Both the position numbers and the translations under genes were made by a program. Shown here piece by piece: positions 18,284-29,242 of a stretch of 64,000 nt of DNA. The notes under the pieces were generated by a model. That model was given only the letters and a program-made list of their open reading frames with translations. It was not told where the DNA came from and did not search any database. This stretch comes from Bdellovibrionota bacterium (GTDB lineage Bacteria; Bdellovibrionota_C; UBA2361; JAAYZI01). Each line of letters opens with the position of its first letter. Position 1 is the stretch's first letter. The stretch covers positions 179,619-243,618 of the forward strand of contig JBMNIF010000001.1 of NCBI GenBank assembly GCA_050950765.1. The letters are read 5' to 3'.

Positions 18284-20233
18284 TTATTCATACCTTAAAG
18301 CATCAATCGGTTTTAAGCGAGCAGCTTTTAAAGCAGGATAGACACCAAAAAAGATTCCAACAGCGAATGAGAATCCAAGAGCCATAAAAACTGATTCCGG
18401 TGTAACGTAAGTTGCCCAATTTTTATAGTATGACAACGCTAAACTGGCACCCCAACCACAAGCCACACCGATTATGCCGCCACAAGTGCTGATTAGGAAT
18501 GATTCTATTAAAAATTGCATTAGGATATCACGTCTCCTAGCACCTATTGATTTACGAATGCCTATTTCGCGAGTTCGTTCCGTCACGGAAACAAGCATGA
18601 TGTTCATAATGCCGATACCACCGACTAATAAAGAGATACCTGCGATAGAAGCAATTAACATTGACATGGTGCTACCCGTAGAAGTCATCATGTCTTGTAT
18701 CTCTGCCATGTTGCGAATTAAAAAAGCATCCTCAATCTGAGAAGGTGGAACTTTATGACGTTTTATGAGTAGCTGCCTTATACTTTCTTCAATGGAGAAC
18801 ATATCAGCAGCAGTAGACATTTCAACGTCTATTAAATCGATATAATTTTTCCCGAAAAGACGACGCATGGCAGTGGTGTAAGGGATAATCACAATATCAT
18901 CCTGATCCATAGGACCCGATGAGCCTTTTTCCGGTAGAACTCCGATCACACGAAAGTTAATGCGATTAATTTTAATGGTGGCACCAACCGGATTCTTGGT
19001 TCCAAACAACTCTCTAACTACGGTTACTCCAAGTAAAGCGACAGTGTCGCGTTGATCCACTTCCTGTTGATTAAAGAACCTGCCGATAGTTGGTGTGGCT
19101 GCTTTAATCTCTTCATAATCAACAGAGGTGCCTGTGATGGATGAGTTGCGATTGTTGTTTAAGTAAACCACTTGAGCATTTTGCCTGACTGATGGCGCAG
19201 CGTTTTTTACACCACTAATCTGTTTTTTAATGGCATTAACATCATCCATCGTCAGCTGAGTGACTAAGCCACTCTCGAGAGCAACACCCCCACTTTTAAA
19301 AGCTCCCGAACGAACCATTAAAAGGTTAGAACCCATCTTTGAAATCTGTTTCTCTATGGATTTTTGCGCACCTCGTCCGATGGCAAGCATCGCTACAACT
19401 GCAGCAACTCCGATTAAAATTCCCAACATAGAAAGGAAAGCGCGGATCTTATTAGCTCGAATTGATCGAATCCCCTGCCTAAAATGTTCCGATAATTCAG
19501 CTAAAAATGAGGGATGATGCGACTTTGCAGGTGAGGCGGAGTGCTTTTCTATTTGAGGTAACTGACCAAACTCTTCATCAGAAATGATCTTGCCGTCACG
19601 CATTCTGATAATGCGTCTGGCTTCCTTACCGATCTCTTCATTGTGCGTTACGATAACAACAGTAATACCTTGAGTGTTCAGATCTTTTAATAAATTTATA
19701 ATCTCACGTTCACTGGCAGAATCTAAATTACCGGTTGGTTCATCAGCAAGAATTAGAGTGGGAGTGTTGATAAGTGCTCGCGCTATTGCAACGCGTTGTT
19801 GTTGTCCACCGGATAGCTCTGTTGGACGATGTGTAGTGCGTTCCCCCATCCCGACCAAGTTTAACAGTTTGATGGCGTTAGTACGTTCTTTTAAACGACC
19901 AGAATAGACAAGGGGGAGTTCTACGTTCTCTTTAGCGTTTAATCGCGGTAGTAAATTAAATTGTTGGAAGATAAAGCCGATTGTATCTCTTCTTAATTCT
20001 GCTAACTTGTCTTCATCGTAACTCTTAATCTCTTTGCCATTAAGGATATATTCCCCCGTGTCTGCGTGATCTAATAACCCTATGACATTCATTAAGGTGG
20101 ATTTGCCAGAACCTGAAGGTCCCATAATAGCGAGAAACTCACCATCCCTGATGGTTAAGGAGACGTCATCCAGCGCATGAACATCATTATCTCCGAGGTG
20201 GTAAGTTTTTTTTAAGTGTCGAAGTTCTAACAT
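18284..20233 (-). CDS. macB: MacB-type fused ABC ATPase/FtsX permease
   Basis: GPSGSGKST Walker [27 protein letters not shown], then [24 protein letters not shown] permease. Confidence 0.9.
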   Translation of the reverse strand: MLELRHLKKTYHLGDNDVHALDDVSLTIRDGEFLAIMGPSGSGKSTLMNVIGLLDHADTGEYILNGKEIKSYDEDKLAELRRDTIGFIFQQFNLLPRLNAKENVELPLVYSGRLKERTNAIKLLNLVGMGERTTHRPTELSGGQQQRVAIARALINTPTLILADEPTGNLDSASEREIINLLKDLNTQGITVVIVTHNEEIGKEARRIIRMRDGKIISDEEFGQLPQIEKHSASPAKSHHPSFLAELSEHFRQGIRSIRANKIRAFLSMLGILIGVAAVVAMLAIGRGAQKSIEKQISKMGSNLLMVRSGAFKSGGVALESGLVTQLTMDDVNAIKKQISGVKNAAPSVRQNAQVVYLNNNRNSSITGTSVDYEEIKAATPTIGRFFNQQEVDQRDTVALLGVTVVRELFGTKNPVGATIKINRINFRVIGVLPEKGSSGPMDQDDIVIIPYTTAMRRLFGKNYIDLIDVEMSTAADMFSIEESIRQLLIKRHKVPPSQIEDAFLIRNMAEIQDMMTSTGSTMSMLIASIAGISLLVGGIGIMNIMLVSVTERTREIGIRKSIGARRRDILMQFLIESFLISTCGGIIGVACGWGASLALSYYKNWATYVTPESVFMALGFSFAVGIFFGVYPALKAARLKPIDALRYE

Positions 20234-20244
20234 AAGATAGTACT

Positions 20245-21204
20245 TTATTTTTTACGTCTGAATTGCGGCATAAAAGGGCTTACTTGCCTCTCTGTATTTT
20301 CGAATAAAAGAGATTTTGTTACGTAGATAGTATCGCCAACCTGTAACCCATTTTTTACTTCAATTAAATCTCCTTCCGAATCACCAACCTCTATCTGAAC
20401 TTCTGTGATCTTGTCTTTAGCTGCAGGGATCTGGACATAAGTTTTACCATTTTTATATTTTACAGCACTTTGTGGAATAACGATGATGTTTTCTTTTGTC
20501 TCTACGTTAAAAGTGATGTTGGCTGTCATCCCACTACGCATAAAAGCAGGCGTAGCTTCCGGAATAACATCAACAATGTAAGTAGTGACATTATTAACGG
20601 TAGTGGCTTCGTAAGCGATATGAGAAACGGTGGCAGGGATCTGCTCTTGAGGATAGGCATCCAATACAATTGTGGCTTTTTGTTGTAATAAAATTTGCCT
20701 TAAGTCTGTCTCATCAACTTGCGCTTTAACAACAAGCCTGTCGGACAATACAAAAACCGCTTCATTTGAAAAGGTTTGTCCTGGTTCTACGTCACGTAAA
20801 ATAACGGTTCCTGAAATCGGAGCATAGATCGGAGTAGGTTTGTAGTACTGTTGCCACTTTGAAAGTTCAGCAGGGCTGATAGCGCGCGCTGCATCAAGCA
20901 ACGCCGCACGTTCCGTAGAGCTCATCCATGCCAAAAGTTGACCGTTCTTAACCTGATCGCCTTCATTTACTAAAACCTCTTCAACACGACCTGCAATAGG
21001 AGGCTTTATCTCCAAACGATTTTGCGGTTCAACCGTACCCGTTGTTAAGACGGTAGTAGAAATTTTACCAAGTTTAACCGTTATTTTTTGCAAGGGTTTT
21101 TCAGTTTCCTTACGAGGTTGAGAGAGGGCAACTTTTATTTGCAGTGTAAGTGGTAATATTAAAAGTGCAGCTATAATCAGTGGTTTTATAATTCTTTGTG
21201 TCAT
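20245..21204 (-). CDS. Periplasmic adaptor (membrane fusion protein), MacA-like
   Basis: IKPPIAGRVEEVLVNEGDQVKNGQLL lipoyl-like motif, IYAPISGTVI, MRSGMTA; in operon with macB and TolC. Confidence 0.88.
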   Translation of the reverse strand: MTQRIIKPLIIAALLILPLTLQIKVALSQPRKETEKPLQKITVKLGKISTTVLTTGTVEPQNRLEIKPPIAGRVEEVLVNEGDQVKNGQLLAWMSSTERAALLDAARAISPAELSKWQQYYKPTPIYAPISGTVILRDVEPGQTFSNEAVFVLSDRLVVKAQVDETDLRQILLQQKATIVLDAYPQEQIPATVSHIAYEATTVNNVTTYIVDVIPEATPAFMRSGMTANITFNVETKENIIVIPQSAVKYKNGKTYVQIPAAKDKITEVQIEVGDSEGDLIEVKNGLQVGDTIYVTKSLLFENTERQVSPFMPQFRRKK

Positions 21205-21207
21205 GGT

Positions 21208-22533
21208 CTATAAAGCTCCTTCTCCAATGGATTGTTCCCAATTTGCTTCTGCAACAACCCGCTCACGTTCGCTTAAAAGTTCAGATTTTTGATAATTGAT
21301 TAATTCCGTTTCGATGATATCCCAATTTTCAAAATTCAGTAGACCGATATTGTATTTATGACGACCGATCTCGGCACGAACAGCGGAAGCTTCGCGTAGG
21401 TTGGTTTGAATCTGTACTTTGTCTTGAGCTGATTTCATAGCTGTATATGCAGACTTGATATTACTACGTACTGCTTGCATCGTGGCTACTTCAGAAGCTT
21501 TGGCTGCGGCTAAGTCAGACTTTGCTTTCGAAACTTTATTTTTATTTCTACCGAAAGTAAAAATCGGGATAGAGGCGTCTAAACCTATCGCATAATTTTC
21601 CATACTATCCATAGAATCTCCATCCATCACCCCAGATTGTGCTGTTAGATTTATACTTGGATAGAGCGCTGATCTTGCAGTTTTTAGTTGTGCTTCTGCG
21701 TTCTCTTTACGAGCTTGGCTAAGTCTCACCTCCGGATGATTGATAATCTCTGTTTCAAGATCATATTTAGCGATCACTAAAGGCGGCATGTCACCATCAA
21801 TGATCTGTAAGGTGCTTGCATCAGGTCTTCCTAAAACTTTTGCCAACGCTATACGTGAAGATTCCACTTCGCGCAGGGCTTGCTCTTTTTCATAGAGAGC
21901 CTGCTCATAAAGTGCTTTAGCTTGCAGATACGATCCCTTATTTTCATTTCCGCCTTTATAACGTAAAGACACGACATCTAGGTTCTCTTTTCGACGTTGA
22001 GTGATCTTTGTGGCGAGCTTAACGTAACGTTGCCAATACAGCAGAGTGCTAAAAGAAGTTTTTAATTCTGCGCTGATACGAGCTTTCGCTAATGCAATAT
22101 TAGCTTTGCTTTCAGCATATCCGGCAGTGGCTTGCTCTAAGGCGGCATCATTAGCAAAACCTGAAAAGATATTCTGCGTAACAGAGATAGTGCCTGTTAC
22201 AGTAGTTCTATCTGAAGAAGCGCTGTTCATATTGGTGATGGATCCACCTTGGCTAAATCCGTTCCCGTAATTATTACGTCCTCCCCACGAATCACTACGT
22301 TGTGAGGAGAGTCCGGCACCGATGCTCGGACGATAATCTGCTTGAGCAACTTTTTGCTGAAAAGCTGAGGCATCTTTTGAGTGATAGAGAGACAAGAGCT
22401 CCGGATTATTTTCGTTAGTTTCTTTTACACAATCTGCAAATGAAAGGGGTGAAGTTTTAAGCTCTTCGGCAAAAACATTACTGGATAAAAATATCTGAAT
22501 AATCAATATGTTGAATATTTTATTTATCATCAT
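21208..22533 (-). CDS. TolC-family outer membrane efflux protein
   Basis: Signal peptide, two OEP repeats (YRPSIG.., LYPSINLTAQ, ASIPIF). Confidence 0.88.
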   Translation of the reverse strand: MMINKIFNILIIQIFLSSNVFAEELKTSPLSFADCVKETNENNPELLSLYHSKDASAFQQKVAQADYRPSIGAGLSSQRSDSWGGRNNYGNGFSQGGSITNMNSASSDRTTVTGTISVTQNIFSGFANDAALEQATAGYAESKANIALAKARISAELKTSFSTLLYWQRYVKLATKITQRRKENLDVVSLRYKGGNENKGSYLQAKALYEQALYEKEQALREVESSRIALAKVLGRPDASTLQIIDGDMPPLVIAKYDLETEIINHPEVRLSQARKENAEAQLKTARSALYPSINLTAQSGVMDGDSMDSMENYAIGLDASIPIFTFGRNKNKVSKAKSDLAAAKASEVATMQAVRSNIKSAYTAMKSAQDKVQIQTNLREASAVRAEIGRHKYNIGLLNFENWDIIETELINYQKSELLSERERVVAEANWEQSIGEGAL

Positions 22534-22669
22534 GGTGTAAATATTTCGCGTTCTTTTTAAATGTATAAAAGAGGATGATAAACATAAATAGGCGTCATTA
22601 AAAAGAGTTTCTAAGTTTCGAGTGTAGGCAATTTTAAATTTAGGATACCCACTTTTTACTGGGTTTTTA

Positions 22670-23391
22670 AGCTTTTGCTAATGTCTTAATATTATTAACT
22701 ATTGCAATTTTAGAGTTTGGATGTCCTATTTACAAAGCGTCTGCAACGCTGAAGGGTGGCACCAGATTTTTAACCCCCGTGAAGATCTAGCTGATTCGTT
22801 TTGCAGTTGCAGCCCGTTCAATCGTCACTGAAGGGTGGCACCAGAACTGCAGCCGCCAAGATCTGACAAATCTGCTTATACTGAAGGGTGGCACCAGTTT
22901 TTTAACCCCCGTGAAGATCTAGCTAATCTGTTATGCAGTTGCAGCCCGCCCGATCGTCCCAGAAGGGTGGCACCAAAACTGCCGAATTCTAACTTCTGCT
23001 AACATCTTGATATTATTAGCAGCGCTGGTGGGTGGCACCAGTGATAGCTAGCCATAAAGAAGGGTGGCACCAAAACTGCCCGATTTTGGATTTTTGTTAA
23101 CGTCTTGATATTATTAGCAGCGCTGGTGGGTGGCACCAACGACAGGCAGCTACAAAGAAGGGTGGCACCAGATCTGCCGAATTTTAAGGTTTTGTTAATG
23201 TCTTGATATTATTAGATGTTGTAATTTTGAAGTTCGGGTGTCCTATTTGCAGCGCTGAAGGGTGGCACCAGTGATAGCTAGCTACAAAGAAGGGTGGCAC
23301 CAGTTTTTTGACCTCCGTAAAGATCTAGCCGATCCGGTTTTGTAGTTGCAGCCCGTTCGGTCGTCCCCCAGATTTCTGAAGGGTGGCACCA
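22670..23391 (+). repeat. Tandem core array (11 cores) between tolC and rpsB
   Basis: Cores at 22754, 22833, 22886, 22965, 23030, 23062, 23128, 23160, 23260, 23292, 23381. Confidence 0.95.
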
Positions 23392-23439
23392 GATCTCCGC
23401 TTTTTAGTCGCAGCCTGCGCAACTTTAGAAAAAGGTTTT

Positions 23440-23468
23440 TTGCTTTCTTGATTTAAGTGTGGTATATC
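23440..23468 (+). promoter_or_regulatory. Putative sigma70 promoter of rpsB-tsf
   Basis: TTGCTT-17 bp-TATATC with TGn extended -10, just upstream of the leader. Confidence 0.55.
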
Positions 23469-23479
23469 CGGCGCCGATT

Positions 23480-23566
23480 TCGCACTCGGTGACATAGTCT
23501 TGGTGGAGGGGTGCCCTTTTACCGCCGAGGAGGATGACTCGAGAACTTTGTTTTCGAGGATTAACT
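23480..23566 (+). ncRNA. rpsB leader (t44-like S2 autoregulatory RNA)
   Basis: CGCAC...GGGGTGC...GAGGATTAAC motifs in the order seen in rpsB 5' leaders, immediately upstream of rpsB. Confidence 0.55.
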
Positions 23567-23582
23567 AAGACGGAGTATATAA

Positions 23583-24584
23583 ATGACTGAAAATATAGCA
23601 GAAAATACAGTAGAAGAGACCGCAGCGGCGGTGACTGAAGTGGTAGAAACAGTCAAGGAACCTTACGTTCCTGTGGCGGTAACGATTAAAACCATGTTGG
23701 AGGCAGGTGCTCATTTTGGACATAAGGCAGAGCGTTGGCATCCTAAAATGTTACCATTTATCTTCGGTGTTCGTAATAAAGTTCATATTATTAACCTTGA
23801 TACCACCCTTGAGTATTGGGAAAAGGCTCGTAAATTCGTAGTCGATGTGACATCTCGTGGTGGACGCATTCTGTTTGTTGGTACTAAGCCGCAAGCTCGC
23901 GAAGCTATTAAAGAGGCAGCTGAAAGGTGCGGTGCTTATTACGTTAATAACAGATGGTTGGGTGGAACCCTTAGTAATCTTGCTACGATTAGAAATTCAA
24001 TCTCTCGCATGAACAAGTTGCAGGATCTGTTACGTCAAGCAGAAAACAAGGAGGGCGGTGTACGTATCGCTAAAAAAGAGCGTTTAGCTATCGCCAAGCA
24101 AGTTGAAAAACTCATCACAAACCTTGGCGGTATTAAAGATATGGTGAAACCGCCGGAAGTAGTTTTTATCGTTGATATCTGCAAAGAGACGATCGCTGTC
24201 GCTGAGTCCCTTAAATTGCATATCCCAGTTATTGCTTTGGTTGATACTAATGTAGATCCTTCAAAGATTAAGTTTCCGATCCCGAGTAATGATGATGCTA
24301 CAGGTGCCATACAGCTGTTTGCAAATGCCATTGCAGATGCCGCCATCGAAGGTCATAAAGTTTATGAAGCAAGGATGACGGAAAATAATTTAACCAAACG
24401 TGAGGAACGTGCTGCGTCAGATGACAAAGGTGGCGAGCCTGTGGTTGAGAGGCGTGGTCGTTCTGATAACAATAGAAAAAATCGTGGCGGTAGGTTTACG
24501 AAAGCAACAAATCGCTCTGAGTCTAAAGAGGATGAAGAGGTTAAAACAGAAAGTGCTGATGAAGCTACCGAAGTTAAAGAATAA
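23583..24584 (+). CDS. rpsB: 30S ribosomal protein S2 (acidic N- and C-terminal extensions)
   Basis: MLEAGAHFGH, RWLGGTLSN, DTNVDP, IPSNDDA. Confidence 0.97.
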   Translation: MTENIAENTVEETAAAVTEVVETVKEPYVPVAVTIKTMLEAGAHFGHKAERWHPKMLPFIFGVRNKVHIINLDTTLEYWEKARKFVVDVTSRGGRILFVGTKPQAREAIKEAAERCGAYYVNNRWLGGTLSNLATIRNSISRMNKLQDLLRQAENKEGGVRIAKKERLAIAKQVEKLITNLGGIKDMVKPPEVVFIVDICKETIAVAESLKLHIPVIALVDTNVDPSKIKFPIPSNDDATGAIQLFANAIADAAIEGHKVYEARMTENNLTKREERAASDDKGGEPVVERRGRSDNNRKNRGGRFTKATNRSESKEDEEVKTESADEATEVKE

Positions 24585-24630
24585 GGATAAAATTAAGAAT
24601 ATAGTTAAAGTTTAATGCAAGGAGGTTTAG

Positions 24631-25287
24631 ATGGCTGAGATAACAGCAGCTGCCGTTAAGGCTCTTAGGGAGCAAACGGGAGCGGGGATGATGGATTGTA
24701 AAAAGGCTTTGTCGGAGACTCAAGGAGATACTGAGAAAGCTATTGAGTTATTACGCAAATGGGGCTTGAAAGATGTTAGTAAAAGAGCCGGAAAGATCGC
24801 AGCTGAAGGAGTGGTTCTTTCTTACATTCATCCTGGTGATAGAGTCGGTGTGTTACTTGAATTGAATTGTGAAACTGATTTCGTTGCACGTGGCGAAGAG
24901 TTCAGAGAGATTGCGCACGGTATCGCAATGCACATCGCTGCTATGAATCCACCGTATGTTTCCAAAGAGGATGTGCCTGCGCAAGAGATCGAAAAAGAAA
25001 AAGAGATCTTGCTGGCAACATTAAATGATAAACAAAAACAGATGGCAGATAAGATCATTCCTGGTAAGTTAAATAAATTTTACGAGGATAATGTTTTACT
25101 CGATCAGATTTATATTAAAGACGAGGAAGGTCAACAAACGATTCAAGCGCTTATTGATGATTTAAGTGCTAAGGTCGGGGAAAAAGTTAGAGTTCGTCGC
25201 TTCCAACGTTTTGAAGTTGGCGAAGGGATGGAGAAGAAGTCTGAAAATCTTGCTGAAGAAGTCGCTAAAACGATAGGGGAGGTTTAG
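24631..25287 (+). CDS. tsf: Elongation factor Ts
   Basis: [38 protein letters not shown]. Confidence 0.97.
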   Translation: MAEITAAAVKALREQTGAGMMDCKKALSETQGDTEKAIELLRKWGLKDVSKRAGKIAAEGVVLSYIHPGDRVGVLLELNCETDFVARGEEFREIAHGIAMHIAAMNPPYVSKEDVPAQEIEKEKEILLATLNDKQKQMADKIIPGKLNKFYEDNVLLDQIYIKDEEGQQTIQALIDDLSAKVGEKVRVRRFQRFEVGEGMEKKSENLAEEVAKTIGEV

Positions 25288-25291
25288 TCCT

Positions 25292-26035
25292 ATGTTTCAA
25301 ACGCCGAGATACCGAAGGATATTGCTTAAGCTCAGTGGCGAAATATTAGCTGGCAAAAATGGTTTCGGTATCTGTGCTGAAACTATCTCGAAGTTGGTTG
25401 ATGATATTCACGAAGTTTATGAGATGGGGGTCCAGCTTTCTATTGTTATTGGTGGCGGTAATATTTTCAGAGGTGTTAGTTTAGGTTCTCAAGGTTTAGA
25501 TCGCGCCACAGGCGACTATATGGGAATGTTGGCAACGGTTATGAACGCCCTGGCGTTGCAGGATGTCTTGGAGCAGCGCGGTGTCGATACACGAGTCCTC
25601 TCTGCGATCGAGATGCGTGAGATCGCAGAACCGTATATCAGACGTAGAGCGCAGCGGCATCTTGACAAGGGGCGTGTAGTGATTTTTGCATCAGGTACCG
25701 GCAATCCGTATTTTACAACAGATACTGCTGCCAGCTTACGCTCAATGGAAATTGATGCTGAAGTGCTTTTAAAGGGTACAAAAGTTGATGCAATCTATGA
25801 TAAAGATCCCAAGAAGTATGCAGATGCTGTACCTTATGCGAAATTGTCTTATATGGAGACTTTGCAAAAACGTTTAAAAGTTATGGATGCGGCGGCTATT
25901 TCATTATGTATGGATAATAAATTGCCGGTTATCGTATTCAATATCGGAGTTCCCGGTAATCTCAAGAGAGTTGTCGTTGGGGAGCAGGTCGGTACTTTAG
26001 TAACTAATGAATCTGAAGGAGAGGCTGGAAAATGA
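25292..26035 (+). CDS. pyrH: UMP kinase
   Basis: [29 protein letters not shown]. Confidence 0.97.
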   Translation: MFQTPRYRRILLKLSGEILAGKNGFGICAETISKLVDDIHEVYEMGVQLSIVIGGGNIFRGVSLGSQGLDRATGDYMGMLATVMNALALQDVLEQRGVDTRVLSAIEMREIAEPYIRRRAQRHLDKGRVVIFASGTGNPYFTTDTAASLRSMEIDAEVLLKGTKVDAIYDKDPKKYADAVPYAKLSYMETLQKRLKVMDAAAISLCMDNKLPVIVFNIGVPGNLKRVVVGEQVGTLVTNESEGEAGK

Positions 26036-26589
26036 CAGTTGTAGATGATGCAGAATTAAGGGCCCAATTTGATGAAGCGATTGTTCATTTTAAAAAAGAA
26101 TTGGCAAAGATGCGGACTAGTCGCGCGAACCAGTCTTTAATTGAGGATGTGCAAGTTAACTGTTACGGTACAATGGTTCCGTTAAAACAGTTGGGGATGA
26201 TTAGCGCTCCAGAAGCTCGTTTGCTTACTGTACAAGCTTATGATCGTAATACTGTGGATTCGATCATAAAGGCGATACATTTGGCAGACCTCGGATTAAA
26301 TCCCGCCAATGAAGGAACCTTAATTCGAATTACTGTTCCTGCATTGACAGAAGATAGACGTAAAGAGCTTGTAAAAACAATTAATAAATATGCCGAAGAT
26401 GCGCGTATTTCAGTACGCAGTCAACGCCAAAAAGCGAACGATGTCTTGAAAAAACAACAGAAAAATAAAGAGATTTCAGAAGATGATCTGAAGAGAGGGC
26501 AAGACGAGATTCAAAAAATAACCGACGAATATATCGCTGAAGTTGACAAGCTATTTGCTATAAAAGAGAAAGAGATGATGGAAGTTTGA
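26032..26589 (+). CDS. frr: Ribosome recycling factor
   Basis: [34 protein letters not shown]. Confidence 0.95.
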   Translation: MTVVDDAELRAQFDEAIVHFKKELAKMRTSRANQSLIEDVQVNCYGTMVPLKQLGMISAPEARLLTVQAYDRNTVDSIIKAIHLADLGLNPANEGTLIRITVPALTEDRRKELVKTINKYAEDARISVRSQRQKANDVLKKQQKNKEISEDDLKRGQDEIQKITDEYIAEVDKLFAIKEKEMMEV

Positions 26590-26615
26590 CCTTTTGTGGT
26601 GAGAGTCTTAATTCC

Positions 26616-27350
26616 ATGATTACGAAAGATAGTAAAATTCCGCAGCATGTTGCTATTATTATGGATGGAAATGGGCGCTGGGCAAAGAAGAGATTCTTAC
26701 CACGTTCTGAGGGGCATCGTGCGGGTGGGAAAACACTTCAAACTATTATAGAGGTTGCAGCGAAGTCGGGGGTGCGTTATCTGACGGTCTTTGCTTTTTC
26801 AACAGAAAATTGGAAACGTCCTAAAGAAGAAGTTGATGCTTTAATGGACCTTCTAAAAAATTATCTGACTAATAATACAGAAGACCTAATAAAAAATAAT
26901 ATTAGAGTTAGAGTGATCGGTGATATTAGTCGCTTGTCTGTGGAAATTCAGGAGGCAATTTTAAAGGTAGAATCTGATAGTAAAGATTGCAGCGGTATGG
27001 ATTTTATAGTTGCGCTTTCTTATGGAGGTCGCTCTGAAATAGTTGCAGCTGTGCAAAAGATAGCACAGGAGGTCGTAGCGGGGAGATTGGATCCTCAAGA
27101 TATTTCAGAAGAAACCGTCACTGCAAATATGTATCTTCCAGAAGTTCCCGATCCTGATCTTTTAATTCGTACTAGCGGAGAGTGCCGCATCTCAAACTTT
27201 CTTTTGTGGCAGTTGGCGTACTCTGAAATCGTAGTGGCAGATCTTTGTTGGCCGGACTTTAAGGAAAAAGATTTCTTAGATTGTCTTGCACAATATGAGA
27301 AACGTAACCGACGTTACGGTCTAACTCAGGAGCAGATTAAAGAATCATAA
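26616..27350 (+). CDS. uppS: Undecaprenyl diphosphate synthase (alternative TTG start 26586)
   Basis: HVAIIMDGNGRWA, AFSTENWKRP, DLLIRTSGECRISNFLLWQ. Confidence 0.96.
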   Translation: MITKDSKIPQHVAIIMDGNGRWAKKRFLPRSEGHRAGGKTLQTIIEVAAKSGVRYLTVFAFSTENWKRPKEEVDALMDLLKNYLTNNTEDLIKNNIRVRVIGDISRLSVEIQEAILKVESDSKDCSGMDFIVALSYGGRSEIVAAVQKIAQEVVAGRLDPQDISEETVTANMYLPEVPDPDLLIRTSGECRISNFLLWQLAYSEIVVADLCWPDFKEKDFLDCLAQYEKRNRRYGLTQEQIKES

Positions 27351-27360
27351 AGGATCGGAT

Positions 27361-28293
27361 ATGAATGCAGACTTAAAAAAACGGGTTATAACTGCCGGTA
27401 TTTTAATCCTTGTTTTTATTCTCTGTACCGTCTTATCTGTAAAAGGTTTTTGGTCATCTGCTTTAATGTGGCTTACAGCTGTAGCTGTTGCCTTAGCCGC
27501 ATGGGAGTTCGCCACAATCTGCAATAAGAAGAGGCCTTTTTGGTGGGTAATTAATTATTTTATAGTGTTGATATTACCAACTGCCTTAATACTCCTAGGA
27601 TCAGATCCAGCAGATAGTGACTGGTGGTTTTCTAAGAGTTCTCTTCCTTATTGGTTAGGTTCTCTCTTTTCGATCTTTTATGCTTTGGCATTACTTATAA
27701 TTTGCGGATACCGCTCTCTGGAAGAGGCTGAAAATCTGGCAAAAGATATCTTTATCGGAATAATTTTAGTGGGACTCGGCGGATCTGCCGTAGTCTTTAT
27801 AGCAGGGCTTGCAGCAACGGGAATAGGTATGCTTGCTCCTATTTTTTTAATTTTAGTAGTGTGTGCTAATGATATCGCTGCATATTTTTGTGGGAAAAAA
27901 TTCGGTGGTCCCGCTATGGCGCCGATCATATCTCCAAACAAAACTATTAGTGGCAGTATTGGAGGATTTGTCGGTGGCGGTCTGGTTGGTTGCCTTGTCT
28001 TGAGTTGTATTTTTTTCTTCCTTGTACCGAAAAGAGTAGAGTTTGAAAACACAGAATTATCTTCATTAGATGGGGTACCTTTTTGTTTAATAGCTTTTGC
28101 TTTGAGCCTGATCTTTGTTGCCGCTGCGCAGATGGGAGACCTCTTAAAGTCTTACGTAAAAAGAATTCATAACGTAAAAGATTCTGGGAAAATTCTACCT
28201 GGTCATGGCGGCGTCTTGGATAGAATAGATGGGATCTTACTGGCGGCGTTCCTCCTTGCACCGTTAATTATCTTACTAAACAGCTATTTATAG
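27361..28293 (+). CDS. cdsA: Phosphatidate cytidylyltransferase
   Basis: ISPNKTISG, QMGDLLKS, KDSGKILPGHGGVLDRIDG; synteny after uppS. Confidence 0.93.
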   Translation: MNADLKKRVITAGILILVFILCTVLSVKGFWSSALMWLTAVAVALAAWEFATICNKKRPFWWVINYFIVLILPTALILLGSDPADSDWWFSKSSLPYWLGSLFSIFYALALLIICGYRSLEEAENLAKDIFIGIILVGLGGSAVVFIAGLAATGIGMLAPIFLILVVCANDIAAYFCGKKFGGPAMAPIISPNKTISGSIGGFVGGGLVGCLVLSCIFFFLVPKRVEFENTELSSLDGVPFCLIAFALSLIFVAAAQMGDLLKSYVKRIHNVKDSGKILPGHGGVLDRIDGILLAAFLLAPLIILLNSYL

Positions 28294-28366
28294 TGTCAGA
28301 TATTTTGTGTGGATATTTTTTTATTTTATTACCAAACTGAATTAAAGAATTTTAAAAGGACCTGAG

Positions 28367-29242
28367 ATGAATGCAAAATTTAAAAAATGGTGTCTAACTT
28401 CGGGATTCCTTTTACTTATTTTTGTGCTTTTTATTGTTGTTTCGTACATATTAGGTGTGGGTTTGTGGGAGTGTTCAGTACCTGCAAGGATTATTCTAGG
28501 TACATTAGTTACTATCTCGGCGTGGGAGTTTTCTGCAATATGTAATAAAGGAAGGTCTCTCTTCTGGAAAATAAGTTGTTTTATTGTGCTGATCTTACCA
28601 ATTGTTTGGATACTATTAGATCTCCCTTCTGAAGAAATTAAAATAGAAGACTTGGAGCTCCCTTATGAAAGTTATATTTATGCAGGTATTTATGCTTTAG
28701 TATTACTAATAGTTCGTGGACATTCTTCTTTGAAAGATACTGGAAGGTTGGCAAAAGATATCTTTATCGGGATGATTTTGCTAGGGCTAGGGGGTGGGGT
28801 CACTATAGCTTGTACTCTAACAGAAGATTTTTTAATTTTACTGTTCTATTCAATTCTGGTGGTGTGTGCAAGTAATTTTGTGGGGGGATTATTTGATAAA
28901 TTTTTTAGTAGCAATCCATCTTCTAAGCTTTCACTTGCTTCATTTTTTGGGGGGCTGGTAGGTGGAGTTTTGGTTGGTGCTCCGCTTGCGATTTTAGGAT
29001 ATCTTGGAGGTGGCGCAGATTCTTTTACGTGGAAAATTTGGTCTAGCGTTATTATTGCGATTTCTGTTGTTTTAGCCTCGCTATTGGGAAAGTTTTTATT
29101 GAACTATGTAAAAAAAGTTCATGGTGTAAAAGATTCGGGAAAGATCTTATTTGGGCAAGGTGGTGTATTAGATCAAGTGGTTGGGGTCTTAATGGCACCG
29201 TTATCCACTGTTCTTGCATTTTTATTTATACAATTATTTTAA
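28367..29242 (+). CDS. CdsA paralogue with degenerate catalytic motifs
   Basis: Alignable to the upstream cdsA (AWEFS/AWEFA-ICNK, AKDIFIG, KDSGKIL) but SPNKT, GD and HGG..DRxD are altered. Confidence 0.8.
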   Translation: MNAKFKKWCLTSGFLLLIFVLFIVVSYILGVGLWECSVPARIILGTLVTISAWEFSAICNKGRSLFWKISCFIVLILPIVWILLDLPSEEIKIEDLELPYESYIYAGIYALVLLIVRGHSSLKDTGRLAKDIFIGMILLGLGGGVTIACTLTEDFLILLFYSILVVCASNFVGGLFDKFFSSNPSSKLSLASFFGGLVGGVLVGAPLAILGYLGGGADSFTWKIWSSVIIAISVVLASLLGKFLLNYVKKVHGVKDSGKILFGQGGVLDQVVGVLMAPLSTVLAFLFIQLF

